The notes: generated from the sequence alone by a model not told the origin. Counted from the stretch's first letter, positions 20,917-31,689 are shown. The stretch: 64,000 bases of DNA from an uncultured cyanobacterium (GCA_963740315.1 CAVUDP010000003.1:32001-96000), one strand, 5' to 3'. A program made the numbers and translations.

Positions 20917-21720
20917 TTGATGGCGGAACTGATACAGTTAAATTTTTTAGACTTAGCGATCGCTGTGGGATTAATGGTTATAGCCGTTGGTATATCTAGT
21001 TGGGAAAAAATCGGACTGGAGCTAAATCTGGCTGTTGCTACTGGCAGAACTATCCTACAGTTATTAGTATTGGGATACATTTTAGACTTTATTCTGGCTT
21101 TAAATAGTGTTTGGGCAGTTTTGGCGATTTTAGCAGTAATGCTGAGTGTTACGGCGATTGCTGCCAAAAATCGCATCGCAAATAAAATGCCGCGAGTTTT
21201 GCCTTTGGTGTGGGGTTCAATGTTCTTGAGTACTGCATTTACCTTGATTTATGTCAACTTGCTGATAATTCAACCCGATAGATGGTTTGAACCACAATAC
21301 GTGATTCCTCTAGGGAGTGTTGTATTAGGTAATGCCATGAATGCCGCCGCGATCGCAGGGGAACGGTTTGTCAGCGCGATCGATGCAAGTCACGCGGAAA
21401 TAGAAACTCACCTCAGTTTGGGTGCGACTCCGCAACAAGCAATAAAACAGTATAAAAAAGATTCAATTCGCGCCGGGTTGATTCCTACCATCAATCAAAT
21501 GATGATAATCGGAATGGTAACTATACCCGGATTTATGAGTGGATTAATAATTAGTGGGGTTGATTACGATAAAATCCCCTTCCAAGCCGCATCAGAAGCC
21601 GCATCCTATCAAATTTTACTCATGTTTATGGTGGCACTTAGCAACCTATTAACGACAGTATTGCTTACCAAAGCCCTTTCCCGTCAATTTTTTAACTCTA
21701 ACGCCCAACTAATTAAGTAA
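20917..21720 (+). CDS. fetB: FetB/UPF0014 ABC transporter permease
   Basis: RTILQLLVLGY, PQYVIPLGSVVLGNAMN, LSLGAT, GMVTIPGFMSG. Confidence 0.8.
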   Translation: MMAELIQLNFLDLAIAVGLMVIAVGISSWEKIGLELNLAVATGRTILQLLVLGYILDFILALNSVWAVLAILAVMLSVTAIAAKNRIANKMPRVLPLVWGSMFLSTAFTLIYVNLLIIQPDRWFEPQYVIPLGSVVLGNAMNAAAIAGERFVSAIDASHAEIETHLSLGATPQQAIKQYKKDSIRAGLIPTINQMMIIGMVTIPGFMSGLIISGVDYDKIPFQAASEAASYQILLMFMVALSNLLTTVLLTKALSRQFFNSNAQLIK

Positions 21721-21743
21721 ACATAAATAGTTCTGATTACCAA

Positions 21744-22208
21744 TTACCTATCAATAAAAAGAATTCCGTTCAAATGATCGATTTCGTGTTGAATAAGAAT
21801 TGATAACATTCCATCAGCAGCAAGACTAAAAGATTGATTTTCTCGATTCCAAGCCTTCAATTTTATTTGATTAAAACGTTTTACAGTTTCTCGTCTTCCC
21901 GGAAAGCTTAAACATCCTTCGCTTGAATCAATCAAACAGTTTCGATCTTCAATTTCAGGATTAACAATACACAATATATCTTTCTGTTGATAATTTTTAC
22001 TTTTACTACCCGCAATACGTTTTGTATTTAAAACAAACACCCGTTTCAACTGTCCAATTTGAGGAGCAGCCAATCCCATCGAATCTTCGACAAACATCGT
22101 ATCAATCAAATCTTCAACCAAACCTTGAAAATCTCCATCAAAAACATCAACTTTAGTTGATACTTCTCTTAACAAAGGATCGGGATAACAAACAAGATTA
22201 ACAGACAT
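21744..22208 (-). CDS. def: Peptide deformylase, short C-terminus (probable paralog)
   Basis: GLAAPQIG, EGCLS and QHEIDHLNG motifs intact; ends at LFIDR. Confidence 0.9.
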   Translation of the reverse strand: MSVNLVCYPDPLLREVSTKVDVFDGDFQGLVEDLIDTMFVEDSMGLAAPQIGQLKRVFVLNTKRIAGSKSKNYQQKDILCIVNPEIEDRNCLIDSSEGCLSFPGRRETVKRFNQIKLKAWNRENQSFSLAADGMLSILIQHEIDHLNGILFIDR

Positions 22209-22216
22209 ATATCAAC

Positions 22217-22477
22217 CTACCACTTACCATCTGGACATTCGGAAGATTCAATATTTGCTTTGACTAACATAAAACATCCACATACAGTGCAACGCCTATC
22301 TTCGGCATTATACTTTTCACAATTAGAGCAAATGTCCAATCTTTCTTCTACTTTACTTTTTTGAGCGAGAACTCTATCTCCGCATAATCCCTGTTTCGCA
22401 GTTTTATAAGCTTCCGAAACCAAACCCTGGAACATTTTTGAGCGACTTGGATAACTTGGCGGCGATGAATTACTCAT
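22217..22477 (-). CDS. Small Cys-rich protein (DUF6171-like)
   Basis: RLDICSNC..CTVCGC..K..CPDGKW pattern; 8 bp from the def start. Confidence 0.7.
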   Translation of the reverse strand: MSNSSPPSYPSRSKMFQGLVSEAYKTAKQGLCGDRVLAQKSKVEERLDICSNCEKYNAEDRRCTVCGCFMLVKANIESSECPDGKW

Positions 22478-22591
22478 ATTACTCCTAGAATATTGGAAAG
22501 AATTCTCAACAAATCATAACACTCCAAAATATTTATGCAAAAAATAACAGATAATTAAATATAATTTTCTTCTTACACAAAAAAATACTTA

Positions 22592-22649
22592 GTTCGTAGT
22601 AAGGGATTTATCCCTTTTCTTTAGAAGGGCTAAAGCCCTTACTACAAAC
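22592..22649. repeat. REP-like palindrome GTTCGTAGTAAGGG...CCCTTACTACAAAC
   Basis: Same family as the cores at ~18980-19080 and ~19257-19313. Confidence 0.7.
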
Positions 22650-22674
22650 TTATTTATTTAAACCGACTGACAAT

Positions 22675-23496
22675 CTAATCAATTAAAAAACGAGTTACAG
22701 GCACAAACTTGAAGAAAGCATACTCATACCATACAGTCCAAATAAAATCGCGAATCCAAGTAGTACGCATTGATGGACGAATTTGATAGTCAAAAGAGGT
22801 ATCGGTGGCACCGACTCTTGCCATAGCGTGGTTACAACCACAACCATGCTCTTGGAAAAACCCATGCTTAGAAGAGATACTTTGCACCATTAACTGAATC
22901 GGAAACACCTTTTGTCCGTGTAAAGAAGCATCCCAAGCACGCGCATTCTGTTTATCTGACTCAGAAAATCTTAACGGGCGTACTTCCGAAACTTCTTCTC
23001 TATATACGGGAGCTAAATGTACGTGATAAAAAGAAGCAGGTAAATCGTAACCAAACTCTTCAAACAAAGCTCTACCAATTTCGATAATTTGTTTGCGTCC
23101 GGTATAATCTTCTTGTTGAGGAGAAAGTTCTTTTTCAATTAAATCAAAATTAGGATATCTATCTACATCGAAATCCTTGCCGTAAAAATCAAGAGCTTCC
23201 CAAGCTAAACTACCAAAGATTTCACAAAAAGCAGGCTTTAAGTGCTGTAAATTATCAGATTCATTGAATAAGTCTACATCACCGCGAGACATCTTGTGAA
23301 AAAATAGTTGCGCCATTTTCACATATTCTTCGGGATTAGAAATCTTTGTATTAGACTTACCCGTAAAGATATCTTGCCAAGATTGAGGAAGTTGATTTAC
23401 AGGTGTAGCTTGTTCGCCTTCAATTACAACAGATAATAATTTTTTAGAGGTAGTAACAACTTGCTCAATAGGATTCGCAGTAGCTTGTGGTGTCAT
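22675..23496 (-). CDS. Hypothetical protein with HVH and HGCGCNH putative metal-binding motifs
   Basis: 273-aa ORF with normal composition; no family recognised. Confidence 0.75.
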   Translation of the reverse strand: MTPQATANPIEQVVTTSKKLLSVVIEGEQATPVNQLPQSWQDIFTGKSNTKISNPEEYVKMAQLFFHKMSRGDVDLFNESDNLQHLKPAFCEIFGSLAWEALDFYGKDFDVDRYPNFDLIEKELSPQQEDYTGRKQIIEIGRALFEEFGYDLPASFYHVHLAPVYREEVSEVRPLRFSESDKQNARAWDASLHGQKVFPIQLMVQSISSKHGFFQEHGCGCNHAMARVGATDTSFDYQIRPSMRTTWIRDFIWTVWYEYAFFKFVPVTRFLID

Positions 23497-23912
23497 GCTT
23501 TTTTTCCCTGAGTAAAATAGCTAACAAATCATTGCCGCAAACAATCATAATCACTATTTACAAGATATTTCTCGCTACTGTAATTAAAAGTAATATAGCA
23601 AAACGTTTTTTTATTAATTTGGGTTAAAAAAATTATTTTAGCTGATTGCAAACAGTCACACAAAGTGTTTAGATTATCTTTTTTTATGTATGACAAAACG
23701 TCTTACTTCTATTTGTTTATATACAACTATATCTCTCTAATTCTTCCCTCTGCGCTCTCTGCGTCTCTGCGGTTTTTTTAATCGGTAATCTTCTGGATGA
23801 ATAGCGGTAATTATTTATAACAATAAAAAAACCCGTTTTTTATAAAAAAAACCGGGTTTCTGATTTCTATGTAAAACTAAAGCGATCGCACAAAAAGAAT
23901 TAAAATCTATAT

Positions 23913-24185
23913 TTAGTTTGATCGAATATTAGAAATTGGTAATTTACCTTGTAATTGCGACTTAGCCCCAACACAATAAGCGCACTTACAGCCAAGTTGG
24001 TCAATAATAGGATTACTATCAACTTGATTTAAGGTTACTAACTGATGAACTGGCTGTGAATCAACTGCACTAATATGTGTTGTGGCAGAGGCATTAACAG
24101 GAAATGCTGCTGCGGGATTTGCTAAAAACAGCATAGAAGCAACAAGTACGGGTGATGCAAATAAAACAAGTTTTGCGATAATCAT
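23913..24185 (-). CDS. Small secreted protein with CxCxxC motif
   Basis: Signal peptide (..ANPAAA), LGCKCAYC. Confidence 0.65.
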   Translation of the reverse strand: MIIAKLVLFASPVLVASMLFLANPAAAFPVNASATTHISAVDSQPVHQLVTLNQVDSNPIIDQLGCKCAYCVGAKSQLQGKLPISNIRSN

Positions 24186-24282
24186 AACTTATAGTTTATA
24201 TAGTGAACGGTATCCGCTTAAACCTATGATATCTTGAGAATTGCTGAGATGGCTTGATTGATAACTGATAATTGATAACTGA

Positions 24283-25332
24283 TTACGGCTTTCCCCAAAT
24301 CACTAACTCACCATTTTCGCCCCCTGCGGCAATTTTGCTACCTTGAGGATGCCAAGCAAGACAGGTAAAACCATCTGAAACGCCCGTAATAATTTGTGAA
24401 ACTTCTTGAGCATCTGGCCACAAACATAACCAACCGTCGCTAGCAGCAGAAGCGAGTAAAAAGCTTTCGGGAGCAAAACCGATCGCCTGAATAATACCCG
24501 CATGATTGGTTAAAACTGCCCCTTCCCAATCGGAATCCTCACCGGCTTGCTTTTCCCACAAAACAATACCATCAACGCTAGAGCAGGCAAGTAAAGGCGC
24601 ACCTGTATCGGAATCTATTTGCGACCATGCAACTTGACGAATTTTACCAGGAAAACCGTGCATAATCCACGGTTGCGGATCTTGCCTAGAAATTAATAAT
24701 TGGGTTTCTACCACTGCAATAGTTTTGTCCATATTGCCCGAAGCGAGGAATTTTCCATCCCCAGACCAAGCCATTGCTAAACTCGTAGAAGGAAGATCGA
24801 AAATATATGGTTCGTCATCCCAAGAATGAGTATTCCAAACTTTGACTCCCTGATGTCCGCCGATCGCAATATAATTCCCATCCGATCGCCAATCAATACC
24901 TAACGGGGAAGAGTTTTCAAAATCTAAAGTGGCGATCGCACTGCGGGTATCGGCATCCCAAACTTGTACTTTACGCCCCAAGCTAAAAGCCAATTGATTG
25001 CATTTCGGACTCCAAGCCAGTCTATCAACCCAAGCAGAATTTTCTAAAGTCGCGATTAAATCATTTCCCTGCCAGATTTTAACTTGTCCATTTTGTCCGG
25101 CGATCGCAACAAATTTACCATCATCAGAAAAAGCAAGGCAATCTACAGATTCACCATTCCCAGATTGCAAAGTTATTAAATTATTATCTTGCCAAAACAC
25201 AACTTCCCCAGCAGCAGAAGTCGCAGCCAAAGTATTATCTTGCGGCGACCAAGCAACAGCTGTAACGTAATCTGAGAGAGTTTGCGATGATATAAGCGAA
25301 AATTGCTGAGAGTTGATGGTAGATTGATTCAT
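24283..25332 (-). CDS. WD40-repeat beta-propeller protein
   Basis: Repeated LAWS/AFS-x-DG...LASA...V-x-I/VW units. Confidence 0.9.
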   Translation of the reverse strand: MNQSTINSQQFSLISSQTLSDYVTAVAWSPQDNTLAATSAAGEVVFWQDNNLITLQSGNGESVDCLAFSDDGKFVAIAGQNGQVKIWQGNDLIATLENSAWVDRLAWSPKCNQLAFSLGRKVQVWDADTRSAIATLDFENSSPLGIDWRSDGNYIAIGGHQGVKVWNTHSWDDEPYIFDLPSTSLAMAWSGDGKFLASGNMDKTIAVVETQLLISRQDPQPWIMHGFPGKIRQVAWSQIDSDTGAPLLACSSVDGIVLWEKQAGEDSDWEGAVLTNHAGIIQAIGFAPESFLLASAASDGWLCLWPDAQEVSQIITGVSDGFTCLAWHPQGSKIAAGGENGELVIWGKP

Positions 25333-25381
25333 TTTTAAAAGTTAGGAGTTGGGAGTTAGGAGTTACCAGTTTTTGGTTATT

Positions 25382-25565
25382 TAAGTTGATGTGCAGCTAA
25401 ATATTGTAGTGCGTTAGCGGAGCGTGTCCGCCAGGACATGCATCTTGCTCGCTAATCTTGTACAAACATTGTAGTGCGAGCATCTTGCTCGCTAATCTTG
25501 TACAAACATTGTAGTGCGAGCATCTTGCTCGCTAATCTTGTACAAACTAAATGCGTAACAACTTA
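25382..25565. mobile_element. MITE (TAAGTTGATGTGCA...TGCGTAACAACTTA) with an internal 40-bp tandem amplification of the GCGAGCATCTTGCTCGC palindrome unit
   Basis: Imperfect terminal inverted repeats; sister copy at 31765-31867. Confidence 0.75.
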
Positions 25566-25624
25566 GTACAAACGGATACATCCATATTACTAAAAAGCGA
25601 TCGAATACTTGCTATCTAAATTTT

Positions 25625-28600
25625 CTATTCATGACGAGCTACAGGCACTTTACCATTTCCTTCCACAGTTTCCATTGTTTCCTCGTTTCTTCGAGAAGGC
25701 ATTAATTGCTCTCGTAAAGACACAATTACAATGTACAAAATGGGTACCACAAACAAACTTAAAAACGTCGCTACAAACATTCCTCCAAATACAGCAGTAC
25801 CTAAAGATTGACGACTACCAGCACCCGCACCCGTGGCGATTAATAAAGGGAAAATCCCTAACAAAGTTGATAAAGCTGTCATTAAAATTGGTCGCAAACG
25901 TTCTTCGGCTGCACGTACTGCTGCTTTAGGTATCGAAAGTCCTTCTTGTTTTAATTGATTAGCAAATTCTACAATCAAAATGGCATTTTTAGAAGCCAAA
26001 CCAATTAACATTACTAATCCAACTTGACAAAATACGTCATTTTCTAAACCTCTTAAATACTGTGCTGATAGTGCCCCTAAAATAGCTAAGGGAACTGAAA
26101 GCATGATAATCAAGGGGTCAATATAGTTCTCATATTGCGCCGCTAATACTAATAATACAAAAACAAGTCCCAAACCAAAAATTAATGGTGCTTGTCCCCC
26201 AGATTCCCTTTCTTCTGCCGAAATTCCCGCCCATTCGTAACCAAAAGTTCTCGGTAAGGTTTGGTTTGCAACTTTTTCCATTGCGTCTAAAGCTTGTCCG
26301 GAACTGTAACCGGGTGCTGTTTGTCCGTTAATTTCAATGGAACGATAGAGATTGTAATGGTTAATAGTTTGCGCTCCGGTGGTTGAAGTAACTGTTACTA
26401 AGTTACTCATGGAAATCATTTGATTATTTTGCGATCGCACGTACAATTTACCGATATCTTCTGGATTGGATCGGTATTGAGCGTCTGCCTGCACGTAAAC
26501 TCGATAAGTCCGCTGTTCTAAATTAAAATCGTTGACGTATCGCGAACCTATATAAGTCTGCAAGGTACTAAAAACATCGTCGATATCAACTTGTAAGGCT
26601 TTGGCTCGATTGCGATTAACTTCAATCAATAATTGCGGCATATTCGCAGAAAAGGTACTAAAAGCAGCCTGAATTTCTTCTTCTTGACTGGCTTTACCCA
26701 ATAGTTCTCCCATTACTTCCAGCATTGTTGGTAAGCCGCTGTTTCCTCTTCTATCTTGCAACTGAAATTGAAAGCCGCTAAAACTACCCAACCCCTGAAT
26801 TGCTGGCGGATTTACCGGCAAAATTCTCGCGTCGGTAATGGTAAAAAACTGCTTTCTCAACTTATCAATAATTGCCAAAGAAGATTGTCCTTCTCCCTTT
26901 CTTTCTCCCCAAGGTTTCAAAGTAGTAAAAATTACGCCGTTATTAGCAGTACTACCGCTAAAACCAAAACCACCGATCGCAAAGGTTCCTACTACTTCTG
27001 GTAATTTGAGGATTTGCTCTTCTACCTGTCGCATCACGTTACTAGTATAGTTAAGCGAAACTCCTTCGGGTCCCTGAATAATTGTAATAAAATAACCTTG
27101 GTCTTCTTCTGGTAAAAATGCTTGCGGAACTATGGTATAAAGCCAACCAGTAGTTACTAATAACGCCGCAAATACTGCCAAAACCACAAATTTAAGATGT
27201 ATTAAACGTTCCAACGTCCATTTGTAGCCACTTCTTACCGAGTCTAAAAACCAGTTAATAGCGTCAAAAATTTTATTAATAAAACCGCCACTTTCTGTTT
27301 TTCTTCTAAACAATAATGCCGACAAAGCAGGAGTTAAAGTTAATGCTAAAAAAGTAGAAATTGCCACAGCAAAGGCAATTGTCAGCGCAAATTGACGGTA
27401 AATTTTACCAGTAGAACCGGGAAAGAATGCTACTGGAATAAACACCGCCATCAATACTAAAGAAGTTGCAATTACCGCTCCAGTTAATTCGCGCATGGCA
27501 GCAGAAGCCGCTGCTTGTGGAGACATTTCCTTTTGATTAATCAAGCGAGAAATATCTTCAACAACTACGATCGCGTCATCAACTACCATCCCTGTCGCTA
27601 AAGTTAAGCCGAATAAAGTTAAAGTATTAATCGAAAATCCGAATATTTTAATAAAGCCAAAAGTCCCGATTAACGCCAAAGGAATTGTAATAACGGGTAC
27701 AACGGTTGTCCGCCAATCTTGTAAGAAAACAAAGATTACTATAACAACCAAACCAATAGATAACAAAAGCGTTTTAATAACTTCCGAAAGCGATTCTTCC
27801 ACAAAAGCAGTGGTGTCAAACGCCACCTGATACTGCATTCCCGGCGGAAAATCGCGAGCCAATTCTGCCATTTCCGCTTTTACGGCAGCAGCAACTTCTA
27901 AAGCATTACTTCCCGGAGTCGGAAATATCCCCACACCAACCCCTTCATTGCCTTTAAATCTTAAAAACGAGTTGTAATTTTCTGCTCCTAACTCCGCTCT
28001 ACCGATATCTTTCAACTTAACTAAAACGCCATTATCCCCAGCTTTGACGACAATATCCTCAAACTCGGAAACATTTTGCAGCCTACCTAAAGCGCGTAAA
28101 TCAATTTGATACATTTGGTCGGGAGGTGTCGGTTGCTGACCGAGTTGTCCGGCACCCACCTGTACGTTTTGTTCGTTAAGGGCATTAATTACATCCTGCG
28201 CCGTTAAATTGCGACTCGTCAGACGATTGGGATCGAGCCACAAACGCATTGCATAACGACGTTCGCCAAAAATCCGCGCCGAGCTAACACCGTTGATTTT
28301 CTGTAAATTATCTCTGATATAAAGGTCAGCATAATTACTTAGAAAGATGTTATCAAACTCTTTGTTTTGGCTATACAGCCCCATTGCCAGGAGAATATTG
28401 CTTGACTGCTTACTAACAACAACTCCCGTTCGCTGTACGACTTCGGGTAACTGCGGTTCGGCAAGAGAAACTCGATTTTGCACGTCAACCGCTGCAATGT
28501 CTTTATTACGAGATGCATCAAACGTAACTGTAATTTGACTCGTACCACTATTACTACTGCTCGAAGACATATACTTCAAGCCTTCCACACCATTTAACTG

Positions 28601-28804
28601 CTGTTCTAGAACGGTAGTAACAGTTTTTTCAACAACTTCAGCATTAGCACCAACATAGTTAGCAGTCACGCTAATTTGAGTCGGGCTAATCTCCGGATAT
28701 CTCGCTGTCGGTAGCGTCGGAATGCTGATTGCTCCCACCAACAGAACAATAATCGCGCAGACACTAGTAAAAACAGGTCGCTTAATAAAAAAGTCAGCAA
28801 ACAT
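25625..28804 (-). CDS. RND efflux permease, HAE1/AcrB family
   Basis: FIKRPVF, GMVVDDAIVVVE, GLASKNAILIVEFA, RLRPILMT. Confidence 0.95.
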   Translation of the reverse strand: MFADFFIKRPVFTSVCAIIVLLVGAISIPTLPTARYPEISPTQISVTANYVGANAEVVEKTVTTVLEQQLNGVEGLKYMSSSSSNSGTSQITVTFDASRNKDIAAVDVQNRVSLAEPQLPEVVQRTGVVVSKQSSNILLAMGLYSQNKEFDNIFLSNYADLYIRDNLQKINGVSSARIFGERRYAMRLWLDPNRLTSRNLTAQDVINALNEQNVQVGAGQLGQQPTPPDQMYQIDLRALGRLQNVSEFEDIVVKAGDNGVLVKLKDIGRAELGAENYNSFLRFKGNEGVGVGIFPTPGSNALEVAAAVKAEMAELARDFPPGMQYQVAFDTTAFVEESLSEVIKTLLLSIGLVVIVIFVFLQDWRTTVVPVITIPLALIGTFGFIKIFGFSINTLTLFGLTLATGMVVDDAIVVVEDISRLINQKEMSPQAAASAAMRELTGAVIATSLVLMAVFIPVAFFPGSTGKIYRQFALTIAFAVAISTFLALTLTPALSALLFRRKTESGGFINKIFDAINWFLDSVRSGYKWTLERLIHLKFVVLAVFAALLVTTGWLYTIVPQAFLPEEDQGYFITIIQGPEGVSLNYTSNVMRQVEEQILKLPEVVGTFAIGGFGFSGSTANNGVIFTTLKPWGERKGEGQSSLAIIDKLRKQFFTITDARILPVNPPAIQGLGSFSGFQFQLQDRRGNSGLPTMLEVMGELLGKASQEEEIQAAFSTFSANMPQLLIEVNRNRAKALQVDIDDVFSTLQTYIGSRYVNDFNLEQRTYRVYVQADAQYRSNPEDIGKLYVRSQNNQMISMSNLVTVTSTTGAQTINHYNLYRSIEINGQTAPGYSSGQALDAMEKVANQTLPRTFGYEWAGISAEERESGGQAPLIFGLGLVFVLLVLAAQYENYIDPLIIMLSVPLAILGALSAQYLRGLENDVFCQVGLVMLIGLASKNAILIVEFANQLKQEGLSIPKAAVRAAEERLRPILMTALSTLLGIFPLLIATGAGAGSRQSLGTAVFGGMFVATFLSLFVVPILYIVIVSLREQLMPSRRNEETMETVEGNGKVPVARHE

Positions 28805-28834
28805 AAAAAATTTTTAATTAGTAATTCGGTTTGG

Positions 28835-29083
28835 TGGTAATTGGGAATTGGGCATGGGGTATGGGGGATTGGAAAGAGGGGGTAGAGAGGGTAGAGGGGG
28901 TAGAGGGGGTAGAGGGGGTAGAAAAAATAGCCAACTCCTAACTCCTAACTCCTAACTCCTAACTCCTAACTCCTAACTCCTAACTCCTAACTCCTAACTC
29001 CTAACTCTTAACTATTCTTTGTCCCCTTGTCCCCTTGTCTCCCCCTCTCCCCATCTCCCCCTCTCCCCATCCCCCCATCTCCA
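28835..29083. repeat. STRR tracts including (TAACTCC)n, (AGAGGGGGT)n and CCCCATCT repeats
   Basis: Directly visible. Confidence 0.88.
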
Positions 29084-30439
29084 TCACTTAGAATCTGGCA
29101 TTATCGGCGCTCCATCTCTCAAATTAAGGATGCCGGAGACAATAATTTTTTCTCCCGCTCTTAATCCTTCAAGAACTTGATAATTATTGCCGCGAATATT
29201 GCCTAATTTGACGCGCTTTTGTTTGGCGATAAAATTTGGATTCGCTTGGGAATCATCTGGTTTTTTGGCAACATATACAAATGTTTCTCCAGCTAAACGT
29301 ACTACTGATGTTGCTGGAATAAATACTCCCGGACGACGATCCCAAATTACTCTAGCATTAACGTATTCCGAAGCTCTTAGTTGATTTTTAGAATTATCAA
29401 AACTTGCTTTAATAAGAATTGATTGAGTATTTTGATTCACATTAGGAGAGATAAAAAATACTTGACTCCTGCCTAAAATGTTTCCTTTATTGTCAATTAA
29501 TTCGATAGGCATTCCTTTACGTAGTTCTGCCGCACGCTCTTGAGGTATTGAAATTTCAACTTGTAAGGGATTATTTTGGGTAATAGTAGTTAGCTGGGTA
29601 GAAGTATTTACAACATCGCCAAGTTTCACTAATAGATCGCCAACTTGACCCGGAATCGGAGCGGAAACTGTATAGTACTGAAGTTGGACTTGCTGTTGTT
29701 TGGTATTTGCCTGAGCCTGTTGTAATGATTTTTCAGCTTGATTAACTGAAGCTTTTTGCGCTTGAATTTGAGCATCAATTGCATTCAGTTTAGCCTTTGC
29801 TGTCGCAAGTCTATTTTGATACTGCTGCTTAATTTGTTGGGATACCGCTCCTTGGGCTGCCAAACTCGAATATCTTTCGTATTCTTGCTGATTCAAATTG
29901 ACATCGGCAACATTAGATAATCTTTCAGCCTGCAAAGACTTAAGGCTTGCGATCGCATTTTGTAATTGAGAACGAGCCGCTTGTGCTGCTGCATCAACGC
30001 TGTTAACTGCTGCTTGTTGTTCTCTCGAATCTATCTGCGCGATCGGATTACCAACTTGCACCTCATCCCCTGAATTCACGAAAATTTTTGTAATTCTTCC
30101 TTGGGTTTGAGGTTGAAGAGTTACCGCTTGCCGCGATTCTAACCTGGCAACATATTCGTCTCTATCTTCAATTATCGCTGATTGTACTGTGGCTAATTTA
30201 ACTGGTACTTTTGGAGGTTGAGCATTTTGTCCGGCAGGTTTTTCTTCTCCCCCAGACATCATACGCCATGCTAAAAAGCCGCCACCAGCTAGTATTGCAG
30301 CAAGCAATAACCAAAGCCACCATCGTTTTTTACGAGGTGGCTCCGGTGATTTTTCTGGTTCGTTATCATTATCTACAGTTACAATTTCTGGTGGTAGAGA
30401 AGTCATGATTAGCCACGGAATTACACCAAAGAAAAACAA
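29084..30439 (-). CDS. RND periplasmic adaptor (membrane fusion protein, AcrA-like); true start probably MTSLPPE at 30406
   Basis: N-terminal TM, lipoyl-like halves (V+APIPG), long coiled coil; upstream of the RND permease. Confidence 0.9.
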   Translation of the reverse strand: MFFFGVIPWLIMTSLPPEIVTVDNDNEPEKSPEPPRKKRWWLWLLLAAILAGGGFLAWRMMSGGEEKPAGQNAQPPKVPVKLATVQSAIIEDRDEYVARLESRQAVTLQPQTQGRITKIFVNSGDEVQVGNPIAQIDSREQQAAVNSVDAAAQAARSQLQNAIASLKSLQAERLSNVADVNLNQQEYERYSSLAAQGAVSQQIKQQYQNRLATAKAKLNAIDAQIQAQKASVNQAEKSLQQAQANTKQQQVQLQYYTVSAPIPGQVGDLLVKLGDVVNTSTQLTTITQNNPLQVEISIPQERAAELRKGMPIELIDNKGNILGRSQVFFISPNVNQNTQSILIKASFDNSKNQLRASEYVNARVIWDRRPGVFIPATSVVRLAGETFVYVAKKPDDSQANPNFIAKQKRVKLGNIRGNNYQVLEGLRAGEKIIVSGILNLRDGAPIMPDSK

Positions 30440-30972
30440 TCCGCGAAAGTATTAATAATATTCTTATAGTTACATTCTTTACTCTGTATCTGAAACGAGA
30501 AGAATATTTACTACACAGATTGTTTTTACGTTCCCTATCGAGCCAATTTGCTTTGAGAAAAAAATTAACTTAATTTCTAATTTGACTCATTCAAATACTA
30601 TAAATCACCTACATTCAAATCAGGTTCAGCATTTATTCGTACTTTTATACAGTCTAACCAATATACACCCCTATCTAATATGCTGATACCTAAAGGCGAA
30701 TAATATTAGCAGTTTACAATACAGTTTTATGAATGTTCTTCTAATTGTTACAGAAAATGGTCTTATATTGCTTAAATTTTTAAAATTTTTGGATAGAAAA
30801 TGATTATGTGTTAATCAAAACTCCCGACAGTTGTAACAATAGCCAACTTATGGTACAACAATTATGTTTAATAGTACACAAAAAAATGGTGCGTAACATA
30901 ATGTTAACGCACCAAGTTTATATTTAGATAGAGATATTGGTAATACCAGTTTTTGAAAAAATCGGATTCAGA

Positions 30973-31689
30973 TCAACCTAAATCAAAAAGTAAGATTTCT
31001 CCACCGACATTACTAGTAATTTCCAACGGTATTTCGCCAATAATTTCCACTCCATCACCCGCTCTTAATTCTTCACCGTTGAGGTTTACAACGCCTTTAG
31101 CGATTTGCAACCAAGTATAGCGATCGCGCTGAGCATGGTAATTAATATTGTCTCCCGGTTGCAAAATTGAAGTATACAAATCCACGTCTTGATATACTTT
31201 TACAGCACCATCTCTGGCATCACGTGCGGCAATCAAACGCAGTTTTCCAGTTCTTTCTTCAATTGAAAAAGCTTTCTGTTCGTATCTAGGTTTTAAATCT
31301 TTCTTTTCTGGAATAATCCAAATTTGTAGAAAGTGAACGGGTTCCGATTGAGAATGATTAAATTCGCTATGCATGATGCCAGTACCAGCACTCATGATTT
31401 GTGCTTCACCGGGACGAATTATCGAACCAGTTCCCAAATTATCTTTATGTTCTAACGCTCCTTCTAAAACATAAGTAAGGATTTCCATATCTCGATGCCC
31501 GTGAGTTGGAAAACCAGCCCCTGGAGCAACTCTGTCATCATTTATTACCCGTAAAGAGCGAAATCCCAAGCGATTTGGATCGTAAAAACCGCCAAAAGAA
31601 AAACTATGAGAACTATCAAGCCAACCCATTTGAGTTCTACCGCGATTGTTGCGATCGTGAATCAGATGAGTCATAGTATTTTGAGTCAT
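30973..31689 (-). CDS. Pirin family protein (YhhW-like)
   Basis: HSFSF, GFPTHGHRDMEI, EHKD, MSAGTGIMHSEFN, FLQIWI. Confidence 0.92.
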   Translation of the reverse strand: MTQNTMTHLIHDRNNRGRTQMGWLDSSHSFSFGGFYDPNRLGFRSLRVINDDRVAPGAGFPTHGHRDMEILTYVLEGALEHKDNLGTGSIIRPGEAQIMSAGTGIMHSEFNHSQSEPVHFLQIWIIPEKKDLKPRYEQKAFSIEERTGKLRLIAARDARDGAVKVYQDVDLYTSILQPGDNINYHAQRDRYTWLQIAKGVVNLNGEELRAGDGVEIIGEIPLEITSNVGGEILLFDLG

